A stretch of DNA of 64,000 bases from Gammaproteobacteria bacterium. GTDB taxonomy: Bacteria; Pseudomonadota; Gammaproteobacteria; GCA-002705445; GCA-002716945. The translations under genes and the position numbers were made by a program. Within the stretch, counting starts at the first letter, position 1, and the number at the start of each line of letters is the position of its first letter. Location: NCBI GenBank assembly GCA_016779485.1, contig JADHNN010000002.1:580-64579 (forward strand), given 5' to 3'. Under the pieces are notes generated by a model. It had not been told where the DNA came from. It was given only the letters and a program-made list of their open reading frames with translations, and made no database searches. Shown one piece after another: positions 9,034 to 19,964 of this stretch.

Positions 9034-9951
9034 TTAACTTGCTAATTCAATTGCTAAGTTATTGAGAATGTATTTTGAATTTATATTCATATTAATATTT
9101 TGTCTAATAGATGGAATTAATCCATAAATATAGTTTAGTTTTTTGAGATTTTGATTAGCAATAGAAATCTTCGTATTAGATGAAATAATGTTTTTAGCTA
9201 CATAAATCACATACAAGGAAACTATTTCTAGTATCATTTTAGGAGGTGATTTGATCCACAAAAATGACGTATCGATAGGGTCAATTGAACTACTCAGCAA
9301 ATCTTCTATTTGTTTTACTGTTTCGTCTATAAGACTATCTATATTATAATCAGATTTAATACTTTTTAGAAATGAGTGATTTAGGTAGAAGAATTCTTTA
9401 TAATTGCCATAATCTTGAGAACTGTTTACCTCTAAATTAATTATTTGACATCTACTTTGGATCGTCTCATCTATATTTTTATATGAGTCTGCAATTAATA
9501 TAAAAGTACAATTTGATGAAACCTCTTCTAGCGTTTTTAATAAAGCAGCTGATGCTTCTTTATTCATTTTTGATGCATCGTTAATAATAACAATTTTTTT
9601 ATTTTTATGTGCTGATATCTGAGTAAAAGAAATTAAATCTCGTATTTGGTTAATAGTAATTTCTGTTCCAATTTTATTAGAGTCAATTTTATCAATTAAT
9701 CCATATGAATGAAGCAATATATATTCGTTAGGTACAGAATCAATAATCTTTCCCAGTTTATCAAGTACAGGCAAAGCTACATATTTAATATCTGGATTAT
9801 TACAAATTGAATCTACAGCTATATCTAATTCATTAGAAATTTTATTAATCACTGACAAATATCTGTCATTTTTATTCATAGATGATACTAAATAGTTTCT
9901 AGGTATGTTATCGAGTATAAGTTGATCAATCATTTTTGATAAATATTTCAT
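9034..9951 (-). CDS. holB: DNA polymerase III delta' subunit
   Basis: LLKTLEE plus the TIQSRCQ box. Sits downstream of tmk, as in E. coli. Confidence 0.8.
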   Translation of the reverse strand: MKYLSKMIDQLILDNIPRNYLVSSMNKNDRYLSVINKISNELDIAVDSICNNPDIKYVALPVLDKLGKIIDSVPNEYILLHSYGLIDKIDSNKIGTEITINQIRDLISFTQISAHKNKKIVIINDASKMNKEASAALLKTLEEVSSNCTFILIADSYKNIDETIQSRCQIINLEVNSSQDYGNYKEFFYLNHSFLKSIKSDYNIDSLIDETVKQIEDLLSSSIDPIDTSFLWIKSPPKMILEIVSLYVIYVAKNIISSNTKISIANQNLKKLNYIYGLIPSIRQNINMNINSKYILNNLAIELAS

Positions 9952-10549
9952 CTAATGATTTAGATAAAACCTTTTCTGTGTTCCTTTTATCTCCAGATGT
10001 ATCAATCATGGTGATATTTTTCATCTTCTTAAAAACATTCTTATAAGCCTCTGATATCTCTTTAAGGAAACTTAAACCTTTGCTTTCAAATTTATCTGTA
10101 ACTGATCGATTTGAAATTCTTTTTAAGCTTTCTCTAGGGTCTGTATAGAAATAAATTACATGATCAATAGATTTTTTATAAATCTCATCAAATATAATAT
10201 GTAAATCTCTTACAGTAGAGTTATTCCCTGCAATACCTTGATAAACCAAGGTTGAATAATGAAACCTATCACAAATAACTGTTTTTCCAGTATTAAGAGC
10301 AGGTAGAATTTTCTTAGTATAATTTTCATATCTAGAAGCATAGAAAAGCAGTGCATCTGATAATTCATCGGTTTCATTGTCTTTATCAAGTATGATTTTT
10401 CTAATTTCCTCGCCCGTCTTAGTACCGCCTGGTTCTCTTGTAAGAATATAATCAATTTTGTATTTGATAAGATAGTTTTCAATAGTTTTTATATGTGAAG
10501 ATTTGCCAACACCTTCACTCCCTTCTAATACAATGAATCTACTATTCAT
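9926..10549 (-). CDS. tmk: thymidylate kinase
   Basis: P-loop LEGSEGVGKSS and a DRF/DRY motif. 207 aa. Confidence 0.9.
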   Translation of the reverse strand: MNSRFIVLEGSEGVGKSSHIKTIENYLIKYKIDYILTREPGGTKTGEEIRKIILDKDNETDELSDALLFYASRYENYTKKILPALNTGKTVICDRFHYSTLVYQGIAGNNSTVRDLHIIFDEIYKKSIDHVIYFYTDPRESLKRISNRSVTDKFESKGLSFLKEISEAYKNVFKKMKNITMIDTSGDKRNTEKVLSKSLDEIFIKND

Positions 10550-11345
10550 ATATATATTTATCTAATAATTCTTCTAAATATTCAATATGATTTAGAGTCT
10601 TGTTGCTTATTTTATCCACAAATTGGATACCATTTATTGAGTTACAGATAAAACAACCATCATAAAGTTTAATATCAGCTCTTTTAATATTTTTGTTTTT
10701 GACTTTAATTTTTTTCTTCTGAAAAGTCTTTATAATCTCTTGTTTGAGTATGCCATCTACGCCAGAATCATTTAGTATCGGGGTATAAATCATTAATACA
10801 TCTGTGTATTTATAAAAGAAAATATTTGAATTAATGCACTCGATGATTTCACGATTGGCGTTTGTCATTATATGGTTATCATAAGTGTCGTCATCTTTGT
10901 TAACATATCCTAATACTTGCTCTAATCGGTTCATGTGTTTGATTCGAGAAAGATAACTATTGTCTGAGAGTATATGTTGAGAATATCCAAGCGATATAAA
11001 TTTTTTAGAAACATGAAGTTTCTTTTTTTTAATTACATAAAGTTGTGGCGTAATATCTGAATCATAGCCATACCCATGTCCACTTATTCCTCTTGTGTAA
11101 ATAATTTTTATAATACATTCATTAGTTGATCCTATAGACTTTTGTATAGAGTCTTTTATAAGTTTGATACCTGGCAACTTAATACTTAATCTTTTGCATC
11201 CTACAAAAAGTCTTTTGATATGCTGATTTAGTAATTTTGGTTTATTATTTTTTACTAAAATTGTTTCGAATAGACCGTCGCCATAATTAAAAGCTCTGTC
11301 ATTTATAGAAACAGTTTTTTTATTGATATGTACTTGAATTTTCAA
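10542..11345 (-). CDS. pabC: aminodeoxychorismate lyase (class IV aminotransferase fold)
   Basis: 267-aa class IV PLP enzyme (FNYGDGLFETI) located between fabF and tmk, exactly as E. coli pabC. Confidence 0.7.
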   Translation of the reverse strand: MKIQVHINKKTVSINDRAFNYGDGLFETILVKNNKPKLLNQHIKRLFVGCKRLSIKLPGIKLIKDSIQKSIGSTNECIIKIIYTRGISGHGYGYDSDITPQLYVIKKKKLHVSKKFISLGYSQHILSDNSYLSRIKHMNRLEQVLGYVNKDDDTYDNHIMTNANREIIECINSNIFFYKYTDVLMIYTPILNDSGVDGILKQEIIKTFQKKKIKVKNKNIKRADIKLYDGCFICNSINGIQFVDKISNKTLNHIEYLEELLDKYIYE

Positions 11346-11353
11346 GTTAGAAT

Positions 11354-12598
11354 TTAATCTTTAAATTTTGAAAAAATTAAAGATCCATTTGTTCCACCAA
11401 ACCCAAATGAATTTGATAATGCATAATTAATATCACAGTCAACTGCTGACTTGTGATTAACATTAAGATCACATTCATTATCAAGATTTGATACATTAAT
11501 AGTTTGATGAATAGATTTATTCATGATTGAAAGTATGCATACAATAGCCTCAACACCTCCTGCAGCACCTAGAAGATGACCAATCATTGATTTAGACGAA
11601 TTAATGATCAGTTTTTTAGAATGGTCATTAAATGTTTTCTTTACTGCTTTGAGTTCTAATATATCCCCTGCAGGAGTAGATGTTCCATGCGCGTTGATAT
11701 AATTAATTGCATTTGGTTCAAGTTCTGCATCTTTCAGGGCTAATGTCATACATCTAGAAGCTCCCTCGCCTGTCTCTGAAGGCAGAGTCATGTGATATGC
11801 ATCTGCGCTCATTCCGTAACCATTTATTTCAGCATAGATAGTCGCGCCTCTTTTTTTAGCATGTTCAAGCTCTTCTAAGACTAGTACGCCTGCACCATCA
11901 CCAAGAACAAATCCATCTCTATCTGTATCCCATGGCCTGCTTGCTGTTTCTGGAGAATCATTTCTTGAAGATAGTGCTCTTGCAGCTGCGAATCCCCCTA
12001 TGCCAAGATCTGATGTCGCCATCTCAGCACCTCCACATACCATTATATCTGCATGAGAATATTGAATTTGCCTGAAACCCTCACCTATATTATGAGTCCC
12101 AGTGGTACATGCAGTAACTATTGATAGATTAGGACCTTTAAAACCATATTTGATAGAGAGGTTGCCAGAGATCATATTAATAATGGCTGCTGGAACAAAA
12201 AAAGGAGATATTCTTCTTGATCCACTTTTTTGAAAAGTATCTCTAGTTGTTTCTATATTAGGTAAACCTCCAATCCCGGAACCTATCGAAACACCAATTC
12301 GATTAGTGTCAACATTACAATCTAAAATCTTAGAATCTTCAACCGCATCTATACCAGCAGCCATTCCATACTGCATGAAAAGATCCATTTTTTTGAGATC
12401 TTTTCTATCAAAATATTTCTCTGAATCAAAATTTTTTACTGATGCAGAAAATTTTACTGGGAGTTTTTCTATATCTAAGAAATCAATAGTTTGCGCTCCG
12501 GACTTACCTTCTATGAGTGAATTCCAAAAACTATCTTTGTTGCAGCCAATTGGCGTCAAGCATCCAATACCTGTGACTACTACGCGTCGTCTAGTCAT
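11354..12598 (-). CDS. fabF: beta-ketoacyl-ACP synthase II
   Basis: 414-aa KAS II with active-site Cys/His/His context, following acpP. Confidence 0.95.
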   Translation of the reverse strand: MTRRRVVVTGIGCLTPIGCNKDSFWNSLIEGKSGAQTIDFLDIEKLPVKFSASVKNFDSEKYFDRKDLKKMDLFMQYGMAAGIDAVEDSKILDCNVDTNRIGVSIGSGIGGLPNIETTRDTFQKSGSRRISPFFVPAAIINMISGNLSIKYGFKGPNLSIVTACTTGTHNIGEGFRQIQYSHADIMVCGGAEMATSDLGIGGFAAARALSSRNDSPETASRPWDTDRDGFVLGDGAGVLVLEELEHAKKRGATIYAEINGYGMSADAYHMTLPSETGEGASRCMTLALKDAELEPNAINYINAHGTSTPAGDILELKAVKKTFNDHSKKLIINSSKSMIGHLLGAAGGVEAIVCILSIMNKSIHQTINVSNLDNECDLNVNHKSAVDCDINYALSNSFGFGGTNGSLIFSKFKD

Positions 12599-12600
12599 TA

Positions 12601-12834
12601 TTATTGGTTTGAATTTACGTAATCTATAGCTTCTTGAACAGAGGTTATTTTCTCAGCATCTTCATCTGGAATTTCTGTTTCGAATTCTTCTTCTAATGCC
12701 ATAACTAATTCAACAGTATCAAGCGAATCTGCACCTAAATCATCTATAAATTTTGATTCATTTTTTACTTCTTCAGCTTTTACACCCAACTGAGTAACAA
12801 TGATACTTTTTACTCTTTCTTCTATACTGCTCAT
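12601..12834 (-). CDS. acpP: acyl carrier protein
   Basis: 77 aa with the [19 protein letters not shown] phosphopantetheine site. Confidence 0.95.
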   Translation of the reverse strand: MSSIEERVKSIIVTQLGVKAEEVKNESKFIDDLGADSLDTVELVMALEEEFETEIPDEDAEKITSVQEAIDYVNSNQ

Positions 12835-12891
12835 TATTGTTTTCTCCTTACCAAAAAATTAAAATAGTTTAAACTAAAATTATATGTATTT

Positions 12892-13620
12892 TTACATATA
12901 TAAGCCGCCATTTACATTAATATTTTCACCTGTTATGTAAGATGACTCATCAGATAGTAAAAAATTAATTACATTAGATACTTCTTCAGGTGATGCAATT
13001 CTACCCAATGGTATATTTTTTGTTAATGCTTCAATTTGATCAGATGATAGAGCTTTAGTCATATCTGTTTCTATAAAGCCAGGTGACACTGAATTTACAT
13101 TAATATTTCTTGATGAGAGTTCTCGAGCTAAGGATTTAGTAAACCCCAGTAGTCCTGCTTTGGTTGCAGAATAATTTGACTGCCCCGCATTACCCATCAA
13201 ACCAACAATAGAACCAATATTAATTATTCTTCCTATTCTTGCTTTCATCATGTCTTTAACAACCGACTTAGTAACTCTATACAGGGAAGTTAAATTAGTA
13301 TCTATTACTGACGACCATTCTTTGTCAGTCATTCGCATCAAAAGGTTATCCTGGGTAATACCCGCATTATTTACTAAGCCATAAATTACACCATACTTTT
13401 CTTTGATATTGCCGACTGCTTTATCAATAGATTCTTGATTAGTAACGTCCATCAACATGCCTTCGCCATTAGCATTTTCCAAGGTGTTAGATATGTTTTC
13501 TAACCCTGATTCAGAACGTGAAGTGCCAATAACTGTATATCCATTATTTGAAATTTTTTGAAGTATATTATGCCCTATACCGCGGTTAGCACCTGTGATT
13601 AGAATTATCTTATCTTTCAT
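12892..13620 (-). CDS. fabG: 3-oxoacyl-ACP reductase
   Basis: SDR with TGANRGIG and a YxxxK motif. Position between fabD and acpP. Confidence 0.9.
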   Translation of the reverse strand: MKDKIILITGANRGIGHNILQKISNNGYTVIGTSRSESGLENISNTLENANGEGMLMDVTNQESIDKAVGNIKEKYGVIYGLVNNAGITQDNLLMRMTDKEWSSVIDTNLTSLYRVTKSVVKDMMKARIGRIINIGSIVGLMGNAGQSNYSATKAGLLGFTKSLARELSSRNINVNSVSPGFIETDMTKALSSDQIEALTKNIPLGRIASPEEVSNVINFLLSDESSYITGENINVNGGLYM

Positions 13621-13629
13621 ATGAAATTA

Positions 13630-14553
13630 TTATAATGCTTGTGAAGTTAATTTGATATCTTCAATTGTTTTAGTTGAATATAAATTCATCGATTTATCAA
13701 AACGCTTAATGAGGCCTGACAGAACAGAGCCAGGACCAATCTCAATAACATCAGTTATATTATTTAATTTAAATTTTTCCATAGTTTCTATCCATCTAAC
13801 AGGCGAGCAAACCTGTTTAGATAGAACTTCGTAAAGATTAAGTCCCGTCTGTCCTTGAGATAAATCAAAGTTATGAATTACATCAAAAGAACTGGATGAT
13901 AATTTTATATTTTTTAATTCATCTTTCAGTTGTTCGGCTACATCTTTTAGTAAGCTTGTATGAGCAGCTAGCGAAACCGGAAGCTTCTTAACAATTTTTG
14001 CACCAGCATCTTTTAAGGTAGGAGTAATGTCATCTATTGCAGATGAATGTCCTGCTATGACAGTTTGTCCTGGGCAATTATAATTTACAGCTTCTACAAC
14101 GGCATTATTTTTTGATATCTCTTTACATACTTGATCAACTTTAACGCCATCTATTCCAATTACAGCAGCCATTGCTCCATCTATATTCTTCATGGCATTT
14201 GACATAAGCTCTGCGCGTTTCTTGACTAATTGGAGACCTTCTTTGTAGTCAAATGTTCCATTGGCTACTAATGCTGTATACTCACCAAGACTATGGCCAG
14301 CCCCTATAGAAATATCTAAATCAATTTCATTTGAAAGTGTTTTCCACATTGCATATGAAACTGACAATACAAGAGGTTGTGTATAGATTGTATTATTTAT
14401 TTTATCGTCTTCAGTTATAACTTTTTTAATCTCATATCCCAATATATCGGAGCCTTCATCGATAACATCATTAAAAATTTTAGATTCTTGAAATGTATCT
14501 AACATAGATTTATTTTGCGAACCTTGTCCAGGAAATACTACTGCTACAGTCAA
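13630..14553 (-). CDS. fabD: malonyl-CoA-ACP transacylase
   Basis: GHSLGEY active site. 307 aa. Confidence 0.9.
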   Translation of the reverse strand: MTVAVVFPGQGSQNKSMLDTFQESKIFNDVIDEGSDILGYEIKKVITEDDKINNTIYTQPLVLSVSYAMWKTLSNEIDLDISIGAGHSLGEYTALVANGTFDYKEGLQLVKKRAELMSNAMKNIDGAMAAVIGIDGVKVDQVCKEISKNNAVVEAVNYNCPGQTVIAGHSSAIDDITPTLKDAGAKIVKKLPVSLAAHTSLLKDVAEQLKDELKNIKLSSSSFDVIHNFDLSQGQTGLNLYEVLSKQVCSPVRWIETMEKFKLNNITDVIEIGPGSVLSGLIKRFDKSMNLYSTKTIEDIKLTSQAL

Positions 14554-15272
14554 GATACATCCTCCATATAGTCTTTATAGGTGTAAAAGCCAGGTTTTTG
14601 TTTAGCAATCCATTGGGAAGTTTCTAAAGCTCCCAAAGCAAAGATCTCTCTGTTGTAAGCATTGTGATAGATAATTATTTCATCATCATTTGATTTAAAT
14701 ATAGTTTTATGGACACCTATTTCACCATCTTCTCTAAACGATTTAATATCAATTTTTTCCGGATTAATACCTCGTGCCTCAGCAACTACCTCGGCTATTT
14801 TTAGTGCCGTCCCTGAAGGGGAATCGATTTTATTTTTATGATGGGTCTCTTCTATCGAGACTTTATAATTTAATAATAATTTTGATAATTCAGATATCGA
14901 TTTTAAAGTTGCATTTACACCGAGACTCATGTTTGGAGCAAATAATAGAGGAATATTTTTACTAGCTGCTAATAATTGGTCTTTTTGAGTTCTGTTAAAC
15001 CCAGTAGTCCCTATGGTGATAGGTTTTGAAAGCGCTTCACAAACTTTTACAACATTTATGCTTGGTTCAGGAAGGGAAAAATCTATTACCACATCAAAAG
15101 AATCGGGATTGCTAGAAAGGCTACTTAAAAGTAATACCTCTGATTCCTGAGAGAGTTTCTCTTGCTTGTCACAGCCCACAGTAACCTTAAAATTATTTTT
15201 CTTAGATAGTTTGAAGATAGATTGACCCATCCTTCCGAAAAAGCCATTTATAGCAATTTTACTATCATTCAT
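14550..15272 (-). CDS. dapB: 4-hydroxy-tetrahydrodipicolinate reductase
   Basis: N-terminal GFFGRMG Rossmann motif and [16 protein letters not shown] matching DapB. Immediately downstream of dnaJ, as in Pseudomonas. Confidence 0.85.
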   Translation of the reverse strand: MNDSKIAINGFFGRMGQSIFKLSKKNNFKVTVGCDKQEKLSQESEVLLLSSLSSNPDSFDVVIDFSLPEPSINVVKVCEALSKPITIGTTGFNRTQKDQLLAASKNIPLLFAPNMSLGVNATLKSISELSKLLLNYKVSIEETHHKNKIDSPSGTALKIAEVVAEARGINPEKIDIKSFREDGEIGVHKTIFKSNDDEIIIYHNAYNREIFALGALETSQWIAKQKPGFYTYKDYMEDVS

Positions 15273-16387
15273 TTGTCAAAAAATTCCTTTATGCTGTCTA
15301 ACCAAGATTTTTCATTTGGCCTGTGTTTTGATTTACTTTTAGAAAAAGAATCATCAAGTTTATTCAATAATTCTTTTTGCTCCTTAGTAAGGTTAATTGG
15401 TGTTTCAATATTTAATTTACAGTATAAATCCCCTTTATACGATGATCTAACTGATTTAACTCCTTTGTTCTTAATTCTAAATGCACGACCACTCTGCGTT
15501 CCAGCAGGAACAGTTAGTTCTACTTTACCATCTAATGTTGGCAAAATAATTTTTCCACCTAATGTTGCTTTTGTGAAGCTGACAGGTGCTTCGCATAATA
15601 TATCGTCTCCGTCTCTTTGAAAGATGTTATGAGGTTTCACGCTTACAGTCACATAAAGATCGCCCGATATACCATTATTTGGCCCTGCTTCACCTTCTCC
15701 CGAGAGCCTTATTTGGTCTCCGGTATCTACGCCTGCAGGTATTTTTACTGCAAGTTTTTTTGTTTCATTGTTAAACCCATTTCCACTACATGTACCACAT
15801 GTAACCTCAATTGACTTCCCTCTTCCGCGACAAGATGGACAAGTTTGTTGAACAGAGAAAAATCCTTGGCTTACTCTTACTTGACCTTGACCATTGCATT
15901 GTTTACAAGTCGTGAAAGCCGTTCCATCTTTAGCGCCTGTTCCTTGACATGGTTTACAATTCACTTTACGAGGTATGCTCATTTTGACTTCTTTGCCATT
16001 TATTGCTTCCTCTAAAGATAATTCAATTCTATATTCTAAATCTGAACCTCTTCTAGCCTGATTTTGTGATCTTGAACCTCCTCCAAAAATATCTCCAAAT
16101 ACATCACCAAAAATATCATTGAAGGACCCTCCTTGGAAACCTCCATTTTGACCAAACCTTTGATCTAAGCCCTCATGACCAAACTGATCATAAGCTTGCC
16201 TTTTGTTTTCATCGGTCAAAACTTCATAAGCTTCAGAAACTTCTTTGAACTTAGCCTCAGCTTCTTTATCACCCTGATTTCTATCCGGGTGATATTTCAT
16301 CGCAAGTTTTTTGTAAGCTCTTTTTAGTTCTTGATTTGACGCATCTCGAGAAACACCTAATAACGAATAATAATCAGCTTTTGCCAT
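15269..16387 (-). CDS. dnaJ: chaperone DnaJ
   Basis: J-domain HPD, G/F region and four CxxCxGxG zinc-finger repeats. Confidence 0.95.
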   Translation of the reverse strand: MAKADYYSLLGVSRDASNQELKRAYKKLAMKYHPDRNQGDKEAEAKFKEVSEAYEVLTDENKRQAYDQFGHEGLDQRFGQNGGFQGGSFNDIFGDVFGDIFGGGSRSQNQARRGSDLEYRIELSLEEAINGKEVKMSIPRKVNCKPCQGTGAKDGTAFTTCKQCNGQGQVRVSQGFFSVQQTCPSCRGRGKSIEVTCGTCSGNGFNNETKKLAVKIPAGVDTGDQIRLSGEGEAGPNNGISGDLYVTVSVKPHNIFQRDGDDILCEAPVSFTKATLGGKIILPTLDGKVELTVPAGTQSGRAFRIKNKGVKSVRSSYKGDLYCKLNIETPINLTKEQKELLNKLDDSFSKSKSKHRPNEKSWLDSIKEFFDK

Positions 16388-18333
16388 TATTTAGAATTTT
16401 CTTTAGGTTCGTCTTTTTTATCATCAACCTCTTCAAATTCTGCATCCACAGCATCTTTCGATGTATTCGATGAACTACCATCGGCATCGCCTTGAGTAGC
16501 ACCTCCATCTGCTTGAGCTTGTTCTTGATATGCTTGTTGCGCAATTTTCCCAGCAACTTCAGTCAACTTCATAGTAAGTTCTTTGATTTTTTCTACTTCA
16601 TCAGACTTGATAGCTTCTTTCAGTTCATCAACAGCTTTATTAGTAGCTTCTACGTCTGATTTATCTGCTTTATCACCTAAGTCTTTGATAGCTTTTTCAG
16701 AACCGTTTATCATTGCTTCAGCTTGATTTTTTGCTTCTACAAGCTCTTTGACTTTCTTGTCTTCTTCAGCATGTTTTTCAGCATCTTTTACCATATTATT
16801 TATCTCTTCTTCACTAAGACCACTAGAAGCTTTAATAATAATTGATTGTTCTTTGCCGGTCGCTTTATCTTTTGCAGAGACATTTAATATGCCGTTAGCA
16901 TCAATATCAAAAGTCACTTCAATTTGAGGAGTACCTCTTGGTGCAGGTGGTATATCTGATAAATCAAATTTACCTAATGATTTGTTACCAGATGCTACTT
17001 CTCTTTCACCTTGAAGAACATGTACGGTTACAGCAGGCTGGTTATCTTCAGCTGTTGAGAACACTTGTGATTTTTTAGTTGGTATAGTTGTGTTTTTATC
17101 AATCAGTGGCGTTCTAACTCCGCCCATTGTTTCAATACCAAGTGTTAATGGAGTTACATCAAGTAACAATACATCCTTAACGTCTCCACCTAAAACACCT
17201 GCTTGTATTGCAGCTCCCATTGCAACTGCTTCATCAGGATTAACATCTTTTTTAGGTTCTCTGTTAAAAAAATCTTTAACTGTTTCTTGAACTTTAGGCA
17301 TACGTGTTTGTCCGCCAACAAGTATGACCTCTCCAATGTCGCTAACGGAAATACCTGCATCTTTTAAAGCTGTTTTACAAGGCTCTAATGTCTTTTGAAT
17401 TAGATCATCCACTAGAGATTCTAATTTAGCTCTACTTAGTTTTAGATTCATATGTTTAGGTCCAGATGCGTCTGCAGTAACATATGGAAGGTTAATATCA
17501 GTTTGTGAGCTTGATGATAATTCAATCTTTGCTTTTTCAGCTGCTTCTTTAAGTCTTTGTATTGCAAGAGGATCTTGTTTTAAGTCTATGCCTTGATCCT
17601 TTTTAAACTCATCCACTAAATAATCAATAAGCCTAAAATCAAAATCTTCACCGCCTAAAAATGTATCACCACTTGTTGATAGAACTTCGAACTGCTGTTC
17701 CCCGTCTATCTTTGTCATTTCAATTATTGAAATATCAAAAGTTCCGCCGCCAAGGTCATAAACAACAACCTTTTTTTCATTTGTATTTTTATCAAGTCCA
17801 TAAGCTAGAGCTGCTGCAGTTGGTTCATTGATAATTCTCTTAACATCTAAACCGGCAATTTTCCCGGCATCTTTAGTCGCTTGTCTTTGTGAATCATTAA
17901 AATATGCAGGAACTGTAATCACTGCCTCTTTAACTTCTGTGCCAAGATAGTCTTCAGCTGTTTGTTTCATTTTCATGAGTATCTTTGCAGAAACTTCAGG
18001 TGGAGCTATTTTCTTACCATTAACTTCTACCCAAGCATCCCCATTAGTATTTTTTGCAATAGTATATGGGACTAGATTGATATCTTTTTGAACAGCATCC
18101 TCATCAAATTTTCTGCCTATTAATCTTTTAATAGCATATAAGGTGTTTGAGGGATTAGTTACAGCTTGCCTCTTAGCAGACTGTCCTACGAGAGTCTGAT
18201 TATCATCTGTAAAAGCAACATATGATGGAGTAGTTCTATCTCCTTCACTATTTTCAATTACTTTTGTTTTATCTCCATCCATGATGGAAACACATGAGTT
18301 AGTTGTTCCTAAATCTATACCTATAATCGCCAC
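16387..18333 (-). CDS. dnaK: chaperone DnaK (Hsp70). Initiates at GTG.
   Basis: 648-aa Hsp70 with IDLGTTNS and DLGGGTFD motifs. The start is GTG preceded by a GGGAG SD. Confidence 0.98.
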   Translation of the reverse strand: MAIIGIDLGTTNSCVSIMDGDKTKVIENSEGDRTTPSYVAFTDDNQTLVGQSAKRQAVTNPSNTLYAIKRLIGRKFDEDAVQKDINLVPYTIAKNTNGDAWVEVNGKKIAPPEVSAKILMKMKQTAEDYLGTEVKEAVITVPAYFNDSQRQATKDAGKIAGLDVKRIINEPTAAALAYGLDKNTNEKKVVVYDLGGGTFDISIIEMTKIDGEQQFEVLSTSGDTFLGGEDFDFRLIDYLVDEFKKDQGIDLKQDPLAIQRLKEAAEKAKIELSSSSQTDINLPYVTADASGPKHMNLKLSRAKLESLVDDLIQKTLEPCKTALKDAGISVSDIGEVILVGGQTRMPKVQETVKDFFNREPKKDVNPDEAVAMGAAIQAGVLGGDVKDVLLLDVTPLTLGIETMGGVRTPLIDKNTTIPTKKSQVFSTAEDNQPAVTVHVLQGEREVASGNKSLGKFDLSDIPPAPRGTPQIEVTFDIDANGILNVSAKDKATGKEQSIIIKASSGLSEEEINNMVKDAEKHAEEDKKVKELVEAKNQAEAMINGSEKAIKDLGDKADKSDVEATNKAVDELKEAIKSDEVEKIKELTMKLTEVAGKIAQQAYQEQAQADGGATQGDADGSSSNTSKDAVDAEFEEVDDKKDEPKENSK

Positions 18334-18365
18334 TGTCTATCTCCCGTGATGTTAATACACACGAA

Positions 18366-18393
18366 ATATATGAACTAAATGTCTTTTTTCAAG
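18366..18393 (-). promoter_or_regulatory. putative sigma32 heat-shock promoter for dnaK (-35 CTTGAAA, 14-nt spacer, -10 CATATAT)
   Basis: The minus strand reads aCTTGAAAaaagacatttagttCATATATt about 25 nt upstream of the dnaK SD/GTG. The -35 is an exact match to the E. coli sigma32 consensus and the -10 is a partial match. Confidence 0.35.
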
Positions 18394-18396
18394 TAA

Positions 18397-18936
18397 TTAA
18401 TTTTTGACTACTACCACAAGAGCAGGTTTAATTACTCTATCCAGGAGTTTGTATCCCTTTTGCAAAACTTCATCAATTGTATTGTTCTCTTTCTTCTTGT
18501 TTTTAACAGTTTTAATAGCTTGATGAAGATTAGGATCAAATTTTTGATCTGTAGGATTTATTACTTCAAGTGAATTTTTCTCAAGAAAAGAGTCAAACAT
18601 GTTCTTTAAAAGCTTATTACCTTCCTGAAGGCTCTCAAGAGTGATATTTTTACTATCTTGTGTAACAGCTATATCCAAAGACTCAAAAATGGGGATTAAA
18701 TCAAGAAAAACGCCTTCTGTACTGAATTTATAAGCATTACTTATTTCTTTTTCGGATCTTTTCTTTATGTTTTCAACTTCAGCCTTGGCTCTTAAAAGAG
18801 CATCGTAAGTTTCACTATATTTTTCTTCTAATGACTTCTCAACAGGCTCCTCTGCTTGAGAAGCACTTTCATCATTTACTTCTGTGAGCTGTTCTTCTGA
18901 TTTATCTTGATTTTCCAAATTATTATTATCTGACAT
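18397..18936 (-). CDS. grpE: nucleotide exchange factor GrpE
   Basis: Acidic N-terminus, coiled coil and a C-terminal GrpE fold. Between hrcA and dnaK. Confidence 0.9.
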   Translation of the reverse strand: MSDNNNLENQDKSEEQLTEVNDESASQAEEPVEKSLEEKYSETYDALLRAKAEVENIKKRSEKEISNAYKFSTEGVFLDLIPIFESLDIAVTQDSKNITLESLQEGNKLLKNMFDSFLEKNSLEVINPTDQKFDPNLHQAIKTVKNKKKENNTIDEVLQKGYKLLDRVIKPALVVVVKN

Positions 18937-18945
18937 ATAATCCTC

Positions 18946-19938
18946 TTACATTTTCGAGAATATTTTAGCAGTAAAATCTACAATCTCCACAATTCTTTGA
19001 TAATTCATTCTCTTTGGTCCTATCACCCCGAGAACTCCAACTGTTTCATTATTTTTTTTGTACGGTGCTGAAATTACACTGCAGTCAGCTAGTAAATCAC
19101 TACCTGACTCCTTTCCAATATAAATTTGAATACTTTCATTGGATAAACAATTTGTTAATATCTCTTTAAGAGTTTGTTTTTTCTCAAATAATTCAACTAG
19201 ATTTTTTACTTTTTCGATGTTATAAAATTCTTTTGAATCAACTAATTTTCGTTGGCCTCTTATCAGAAAATCATCTACGTCAAGATACATAAAATTATTT
19301 AGCACTTTTAGAGCTGTATCTATCTCTCCACGAATGCTCTCCAAGCTATTTGACAGAATTTGAGGAATATTTCGAAGTTCTATTCCAGCAAAATTTTCAT
19401 TGAGATATTTAACGCACGTATTTAGTTTACTAAGTTTAAAACTACTTATATCAATAATTTTATTATCAATATGATTATTATCCATTAAGACAACCGCTAA
19501 TGCTCTGGTAGATGACAACTTATGCACTTCAAGTTTAAGAAATATTTTCTTATCGATATCTAATGACCCAATAACTGCAGCAAAGTCAGAAATTTCAGAT
19601 ATTAGTTCAGTTGTAGAAGATATAATATTATTCTTATTCGTATCAGAATTAATTAAATTCTTGATAGCTGTCTGTTCTTCAAGTGACAATGGTTTTCTTG
19701 AAAGACTGTGATCTATATAGTACCTATATCCTTCAACAGTAGGTATTCTACCTGATGAAGTATGAGTTGCCTCTAAAAGTCCGACAGACTCAAGATTATT
19801 TAAATCTTTTCTAATAGTAGCAGTGCTACATTTCAGCTTTGATTTCGATAACAATTTTTCTGAGCTCACAGGCTCACCAGTAGAAATATACTCTTCCACA
19901 AGGCTATTTATTATTATTTTCTCTCTATCTGTAAACAT
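18946..19938 (-). CDS. hrcA: heat-inducible transcription repressor HrcA
   Basis: 330 aa with an N-terminal winged-helix region, heading the grpE-dnaK-dnaJ cluster. Confidence 0.9.
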   Translation of the reverse strand: MFTDREKIIINSLVEEYISTGEPVSSEKLLSKSKLKCSTATIRKDLNNLESVGLLEATHTSSGRIPTVEGYRYYIDHSLSRKPLSLEEQTAIKNLINSDTNKNNIISSTTELISEISDFAAVIGSLDIDKKIFLKLEVHKLSSTRALAVVLMDNNHIDNKIIDISSFKLSKLNTCVKYLNENFAGIELRNIPQILSNSLESIRGEIDTALKVLNNFMYLDVDDFLIRGQRKLVDSKEFYNIEKVKNLVELFEKKQTLKEILTNCLSNESIQIYIGKESGSDLLADCSVISAPYKKNNETVGVLGVIGPKRMNYQRIVEIVDFTAKIFSKM

Positions 19939-19964
19939 GTATAGTATTTACTATAATAACACCA

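Noticed and set aside
12881-12900. Possible hairpin TATATGT-N6-ACATATA at the fabG stop, between fabG and acpP
   Set aside because: It is an all-A/T 7-bp stem with no following U-run. The predicted stability is negligible, so it is probably a chance palindrome in AT-rich DNA.
16374-16556. 60-aa ORF overlapping the dnaJ/dnaK junction
   Set aside because: It is read-through across the dnaJ start in another frame. The Lys-rich translation reflects AT-rich sequence.
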